Made by a program: the position numbers and the translations under genes
Source of the DNA: a bacterium
GTDB taxonomy: Bacteria > Patescibacteriota > Minisyncoccia > Phycocordibacterales > UBA9973
Direction: 5' to 3'
Length of the DNA stretch: 35,982 nucleotides
Assembly: GCA_021813175.1 (NCBI GenBank)
Contig: JAKALJ010000002.1
Location: 1-35,982 of the forward strand
Notes under the pieces: generated by a model
Seen by the model: the letters and a program-made list of their open reading frames with translations, nothing else
The model's database searches: none
What the model was told of the DNA's origin: nothing
In this document: positions 31,963-35,982 of the stretch, piece by piece
Layout of the letters: each line of letters begins with the position of its first letter
Numbering within the stretch: the stretch's first letter is position 1

Positions 31963-31989
31963 GAATGACTATATATTATTTGTGAAAAA

Positions 31990-32406
31990 TTATTTCCCTC
32001 TAGGTTTCTTATTGCCGTATAGCGAACGTCCTTGCCGGCGTTTTTCCACCCCTTGGGTATCCAAGACGCCGCGCACAATATGATATCGCACCCCGATCAG
32101 GTCTTTTACCCGTCCGCCGCGGAGCTGCACCACAGAGTGTTCCTGCAAGTTGTGCCCTTCGCCCGGGATATAGGCGGTTACTTCCATGCCGTTGGTTAGG
32201 CGCACTCGGGCAATTTTACGCAGAGCAGAGTTTGGTTTTTTGGGAGTGGTAGTAGTCACCTTGGTGCATACTCCGCGCTTAAAGGGAGACGGATAGAAAA
32301 CTGGCCGGTTTTTCAGGAAATTGAAACCGCGCTCCAGGGCCACGGTCTTGGGTTTCCGATACACTTTCCTTCTTTTTTTCTTTACCAGCTGATTAATGGT
32401 CGGCAT
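31990..32406 (-). CDS. rpsL: 30S ribosomal protein S12
   Basis: [13 protein letters not shown]...[54 protein letters not shown]. Confidence 0.97.
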   Translation of the reverse strand: MPTINQLVKKKRRKVYRKPKTVALERGFNFLKNRPVFYPSPFKRGVCTKVTTTTPKKPNSALRKIARVRLTNGMEVTAYIPGEGHNLQEHSVVQLRGGRVKDLIGVRYHIVRGVLDTQGVEKRRQGRSLYGNKKPRGK

Positions 32407-32418
32407 GAATTAAAATAA

Positions 32419-32471
32419 AAGAGTCTGGCGACTCTTCCCAAGAATATACTATAACCACTGAAAAAATGCAA
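32419..32471 (-). promoter_or_regulatory. Putative str-operon promoter plus 5' UTR hairpin
   Basis: Minus strand TTGCAT-N17-TATATT (32471-32443), then aagagtc-gcca-gactctt (32436-32419) followed by ttattttaattc-ATG(32406). Confidence 0.45.
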
Positions 32472-32498
32472 TGAGACAACGGCCAAGGGTTAAGTCTA

Positions 32499-33113
32499 TT
32501 ACACGAATGGCACAAATACAAAACCCGGGAACTCTTGTTTTTCAAAAATGCCCTCTGTTTTCTTTTTTTCCTTAAAAATACTCTCTTTTAACGGGTATAC
32601 CATGATTCCTCCTTCTTTCAGCTGTTTTTTCCATACTTCCGGCACTTCTCTCATCCTAGCGGCAGCTATTATTCTATCCAACGATCTATCGGGGATGCCA
32701 GGCACTCCTTCCTTGGCGCTCTCGCAGAAAAAAGAAATATTTTTCTCCAGTCTTGGATATTTTTTCAAATTATTTTTTCCGAAACTGCACAGCTCTTTAA
32801 CTATCTCAAAAGCAAACACTTTGCCTTCTTCTCCGACGATATGGGAGAGCAAAGCGCTCTGCCAACCTGAGCCGAATCCCGCATCTAAAACAATTTGTCC
32901 CTTTTTCACCTCCAGAAGCTCCAGCATAAAAACTACCGTATATGGCTGAGATATCGTCTGTCCGTGTCCTATAGGCAGGGGCACATCATCATAAGCAAAA
33001 ATTTTTTCTTCTTTTCTAACAAAATCCGCCCTGTCCACATTCCAAAGCGCGGAAGTAATAGAATCCGATTTAAGAACTCCTTTTGTCTTGAGCAATTTTA
33101 TAAGCTCATCCAT
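32499..33113 (-). CDS. pcm: Protein-L-isoaspartate O-methyltransferase
   Basis: 204 aa, with PLPIGHGQTISQPYTVVFMLELLEV and the SAM motif VLDAGFGSGWQSALL. Confidence 0.88.
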   Translation of the reverse strand: MDELIKLLKTKGVLKSDSITSALWNVDRADFVRKEEKIFAYDDVPLPIGHGQTISQPYTVVFMLELLEVKKGQIVLDAGFGSGWQSALLSHIVGEEGKVFAFEIVKELCSFGKNNLKKYPRLEKNISFFCESAKEGVPGIPDRSLDRIIAAARMREVPEVWKKQLKEGGIMVYPLKESIFKEKKKTEGIFEKQEFPGFVFVPFV

Positions 33114-33129
33114 AATGGCTTCCCGCGGT

Positions 33130-33750
33130 TTATAAAGCGATGCCGGTAATCAAAGTGTACAGATACGCCATGGCGGGAAAGATCCAGTTGGAAAGGAAAA
33201 AGATGAAGAGAAGCAAAATCAAGAGCGAGTACCTTTCCAGAAAAATTATGACCGGGTAAGCAGACTCGGGCAGAAGAGAAAAAAGAATCCTGGAGCCGTC
33301 CAAAGGGGGAATGGGAATAAGATTAAAAATCCCCAAACCCAAATTGATGAGCACGATGGAAGAGATAATGAAGGCGGCTTGCGGAAACACTCCTTTCATA
33401 AGCAAAAACCGCAGGAGCAATCCGAAAAATACGGCAATAAAAAAATTAGCCAGCACTCCGGCAATGGCCACGGAAAACGTTCCCCACTTTCGATTGGAAA
33501 GGTTGGCGGGAGTATACGGTACGGGCTTGGCCCAGCCGAACAAAACCGGCGATTGGGCCAGGACAAGGAGCAGGGGCAGAATTATGGAGCCGAACATATC
33601 CAAATGTCGGAGCGGATTTAAGGTCAGGCGACCGGCCCGGCGGGCGGTATTATCTCCGAAAAATTCTGCCGCATATCCATGCGAAATTTCATGGATTACC
33701 ACGGACATAATAAGGATGGCTATGAAAAAAAATGTGTTGGCGAACTGCAT
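33130..33750 (-). CDS. Site-2 protease family (peptidase M50) membrane metalloprotease
   Basis: 206 aa, polytopic, with HEISHGYAA (HExxH) in the first TM region and LNLIPIPPLDGSRIL. Confidence 0.85.
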   Translation of the reverse strand: MQFANTFFFIAILIMSVVIHEISHGYAAEFFGDNTARRAGRLTLNPLRHLDMFGSIILPLLLVLAQSPVLFGWAKPVPYTPANLSNRKWGTFSVAIAGVLANFFIAVFFGLLLRFLLMKGVFPQAAFIISSIVLINLGLGIFNLIPIPPLDGSRILFSLLPESAYPVIIFLERYSLLILLLFIFFLSNWIFPAMAYLYTLITGIAL

Positions 33751-33794
33751 AAAATTTTGAAATGGGCGGAAAAACTTTAAAAATAAGGCCTGCG

Positions 33795-33823
33795 TTGCAT
33801 TTCCCGTTCCTTCATGATAGCAT
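33795..33823 (+). promoter_or_regulatory. Putative rpmB promoter
   Basis: TTGCAT-N17 (ending TGa)-TAGCAT, 10 nt before the ATG at 33834. The reverse strand of the same palindromic -10 reads TGcTATCAT, a possible divergent promoter for the M50 gene. Confidence 0.4.
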
Positions 33824-33833
33824 GGAAAGCGCT

Positions 33834-34079
33834 ATGGCGAAAACATGCGCGATAACCAAGAAAGGGTCTCTGGTGGGCGGCGGATATTCCAACCGCACCC
33901 GCGCCACCAAATTCAATCCGACCGGCAAGGCCCGAAAGTATTTGAATCTGCAAAAAAAGAAAATTTTTGTGCCGGAATTAAAGAAATCAGTGATTCTAAC
34001 AATATCCACCCGCGGCCTCCGCACCATCAAGAAGAAAGGAGCCTACGCTACCCTGCGCAAAGCGGGAGTGCTTAGATAG
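33834..34079 (+). CDS. rpmB: 50S ribosomal protein L28
   Basis: The start is moved to the ATG at 33834: MAKTCAITKKGSLVGGGYSNRTRATKFNPTGKARKYLNLQKKKIFVPE...ISTRGLRTIKKKG. Confidence 0.9.
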   Translation: MAKTCAITKKGSLVGGGYSNRTRATKFNPTGKARKYLNLQKKKIFVPELKKSVILTISTRGLRTIKKKGAYATLRKAGVLR

Positions 34080-34090
34080 TCTCTCTTGCG

Positions 34091-34130
34091 GCAAGAAACC
34101 TTGCTTCCCCTTGGAAGCAAGGTTTCTTGC
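34091..34130 (+). terminator. 18-bp perfect hairpin after rpmB (no U tract)
   Basis: gcaagaaaccttgcttcc-cctt-ggaagcaaggtttcttgc. Confidence 0.5.
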
Positions 34131-34133
34131 TGA

Positions 34134-34162
34134 TTGCGCGAAAGGATTCAGGCGGCTATAAT
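34134..34162 (+). promoter_or_regulatory. Putative thyA-folA promoter
   Basis: TTGCGC-N17-TATAAT, 8 nt before the ATG at 34171. Confidence 0.45.
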
Positions 34163-34170
34163 CATGGGAC

Positions 34171-35043
34171 ATGAAAGCCTATCTTGATATAGTCAAAACG
34201 GTTCTGGAAAGAGGAGAGCTCTCGGAGACCCGGACCGGAGAACGGGCCTATACCATGGCCGGAGCGATTTTTGAACATGAAATGTCTCTCGGATTTCCCC
34301 TGCTCACTACCAAAAAAATGCCTTTCCGGCTGATTGCCACCGAGCTGGAATTTTTTATCAACGGAATCACGGACAAGGAGTGGCTCCGAAGCCGGAACAA
34401 TCATATCTGGGACGAATGGGCCAAGCCGCAGAAAGCGCCTTACGGGCACGACGAAGCATCCAAGAAAAAAATGATTGAGGAGCGGGATTTGGGTCCGATC
34501 TATGGCTTCCAGTGGCGGCACTTCAACGCGCTTTATGAAAGCTATGACACCGACTACACCGACAAAGGTGTTGACCAACTGAAAAAAGTGGTAGAAACCT
34601 TGAAGAAAAATCCGCGCGACCGCCGGATGATCGTCTCCGCCTGGAATCCTGAGCAATTCGACGAGATGGCCCTGCCTCCCTGCCACTATTCTTTCCAGAT
34701 TACCACCATCGGCGATAAACTGAACCTGATGTGGAATCAGCGCTCGGTGGACACTATGCTCGGGCTTCCCTTTAATATCGCGAGCTATGCCCTGCTCCTG
34801 CATCTCCTAGCCAAAGAATCCGGATTCAAAGAAGGCAAGCTGGTGGGCTTTCTGGGCGATGTGCATATTTACGAAAACCATCTGGGCGGCGCGAAGGAAC
34901 AGCTCGCCCGCGATCCGAACAAATATTCTTTGCCGAAAATAGAAACAGAAAATTGGAAATCAATCTTTGAGTGGCACGCCGAAAATACGAAGCTCATCGG
35001 CTACGAAAGTTACCCCCGCATTCCGTTTGAAATTGCAGTGTAA
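34171..35043 (+). CDS. thyA: Thymidylate synthase (ThyA type)
   Basis: 290 aa, with RTGERAYTMAGAIFEHEM, RRMIVSAWNPEQFDEMALPPCHYSFQ and DVHIYENH. Confidence 0.96.
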   Translation: MKAYLDIVKTVLERGELSETRTGERAYTMAGAIFEHEMSLGFPLLTTKKMPFRLIATELEFFINGITDKEWLRSRNNHIWDEWAKPQKAPYGHDEASKKKMIEERDLGPIYGFQWRHFNALYESYDTDYTDKGVDQLKKVVETLKKNPRDRRMIVSAWNPEQFDEMALPPCHYSFQITTIGDKLNLMWNQRSVDTMLGLPFNIASYALLLHLLAKESGFKEGKLVGFLGDVHIYENHLGGAKEQLARDPNKYSLPKIETENWKSIFEWHAENTKLIGYESYPRIPFEIAV

Positions 35044-35047
35044 ACAT

Positions 35048-35533
35048 ATGCTTTCCTTTATCGCGGCTATCGGGAAAAATAGGGAACTGGGAGTAAACAA
35101 CGGCTTGCCCTGGAGCTTGCCGGACGACCTCCAGTATTTTCGAGATACCACCCGCGGGCACAGCGTGATAATGGGACGGAAGACCTATCAGGCCATCGGG
35201 CATCTCCTGCCGGGCCGGAAGAATATAATTATCACCAGAGACATATCAAACAAAATAGAGGGTGCCGTCATGGTATCTTCGGTGGAGAAAGCGCTCAAGG
35301 AAGTGGAAGGTGAAGCCGAACCGTTCTTAATAGGCGGAGGAGAAATATTCAAGCTGGCTCTTCCCTACGCCGGCCGGATGTATATCACTGAGGTAAATGC
35401 GAGCGTCCCGGCTGACGCATATTTCCCGGAATTTGATCCAGCTGAATGGAAAACTGTGAAAGAAACGTTCCACCCAAAAGATGAGCGGCACGCTTACGAT
35501 TTCACCTTTAAAATATATGAGAGAAAATCTTAA
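35048..35533 (+). CDS. folA: Dihydrofolate reductase
   Basis: The start is moved to the ATG at 35048: MLSFIAAIGKNRELGVNNGLPWSLPDDLQYFRDTTRGHSVIMGRKTY...FLIGGGEIF. Confidence 0.93.
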   Translation: MLSFIAAIGKNRELGVNNGLPWSLPDDLQYFRDTTRGHSVIMGRKTYQAIGHLLPGRKNIIITRDISNKIEGAVMVSSVEKALKEVEGEAEPFLIGGGEIFKLALPYAGRMYITEVNASVPADAYFPEFDPAEWKTVKETFHPKDERHAYDFTFKIYERKS

Positions 35534-35859
35534 GGATCCTCCGGAGTTTTTATACGGATGAGAATATCCTTGCCCTCGGGCGTCTTTTTCCTCTCATATT
35601 TGCGATTCTTGTTTATCTCTATCTTTCGCACTACTTCTTTCTCCAAGTCATAGCCCAAAATTTCGCACATTCCGAGCAGAAAAATCATCACGTCCGCCAG
35701 CTCTTCCGCCACTCCAGGTAAACCCCGATTGTGTTTGGAAAATGCTTCCGAAAGCTCCTCGTGCGCCCGGCAAAATTCCAAAGCAAGGTCAGTGGTGTTA
35801 AAACCGTGTTTAATCTTGTTCTCCATCACTTCTTCCTGCAGTTTTTTTAGATCTGCCAT
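35530..35859 (-). CDS. MazG-like nucleotide pyrophosphohydrolase
   Basis: MADLKKLQEEVMENKIKHGF...EELSEAF...VAEELADVMIFLLGMCEILGYDLEKEV (an all-alpha EExxE / ExxD pattern). The ATG at 35859 is preferred over the TTG at 35889. Confidence 0.7.
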   Translation of the reverse strand: MADLKKLQEEVMENKIKHGFNTTDLALEFCRAHEELSEAFSKHNRGLPGVAEELADVMIFLLGMCEILGYDLEKEVVRKIEINKNRKYERKKTPEGKDILIRIKTPEDP

Positions 35860-35866
35860 CGCTTTA

Positions 35867-35982
35867 TTATTGGTTATCGTATTTTTCAATCTCTTTATTC
35901 ATAATCTCCAGTTTTACTCCGGCCTCTTTTAGAATTTCCTTACTCCGCTTGCTCGCATGGTAATCTTTTTCGCTTACCACCC
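35867..35982 (-). CDS. C-terminal fragment of an upstream gene, possibly dCMP/cytidine deaminase-like
   Basis: An open frame from the window edge reads ...VVSEKDYHASKRSKEILKEAGVKLEIMNKEIEKYDNQ*. The VV.E..Y......lL.eAGV.l tail and the thyA/folA/mazG context suggest a deoxycytidylate deaminase. The fragment is too short to be sure. Confidence 0.3.
   Translation of the reverse strand, partial: VVSEKDYHASKRSKEILKEAGVKLEIMNKEIEKYDNQ

Noticed and set aside
1-35982. An alternative genetic code (UGA as Gly/Trp, as in some CPR lineages)
   Set aside because: smpB and the pilin gene terminate with TGA at positions consistent with full-length homologues. No conserved gene here needs read-through of an in-frame TGA. 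Standard code 11 fits.

Overview
The window looks like a small-genome bacterium, most consistent with a Candidate Phyla Radiation/Patescibacteria lineage; that assignment is inference. The supporting points are that rpsE abuts rplO with no L30 gene, several ribosomal proteins carry Lys-rich extensions, UMP and CMP kinases are archaeal-type, a type IV pilin is present, and Shine-Dalgarno signals are few. The core (16.3-32.4 kb, minus strand) is the str/S10/spc ribosomal superoperon: rpsL-rpsG-fusA-[orf103]-tuf-rpsJ-rplCDWB-rpsS-rplV-rpsC-rplP-rpmC-rpsQ-rplNXE-[membrane ORF + type IV pilin]-rpsN-rpsH-rplFR-rpsE-rplO-secY. It is followed by cmk(+)/adk-pyrH-map. The expected infA-rpmJ-rpsM-rpsK-rpsD-rpoA-rplQ block after map is absent; in its place is a 925-aa soluble TraD/VirD4-like ATPase. 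Flanking regions carry VKOR-DoxX-cupredoxin, tRNA-Ile(UAU), ftsH, smpB-ssrA, infC-rpmI-rplT, a YvcK-like gene, HAD and LOG-like genes, a beta-CASP RNase, ndk, pcm, an M50 protease, rpmB and thyA-folA-mazG. The most unusual content is non-coding: (1) a family of nested palindromic intergenic elements with a conserved core and private, perfectly paired outer stems; (2) a roughly 45-nt repeat sitting 3-46 nt after stop codons, two copies of which bracket the TraD-like gene; (3) a recurrent GC hairpin YCGCC-NNCY-GGCGR, including a 19-nt identity between the tmRNA body and the tuf 5' UTR; (4) a promoter-to-terminator candidate sRNA of about 160 nt; (5) three palindromic operator-like sites at pyrH/map; (6) extended -10 boxes placed 6 nt before ATG, suggesting leaderless mRNAs. 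All calls come from reading the sequence by eye; no searches were run.
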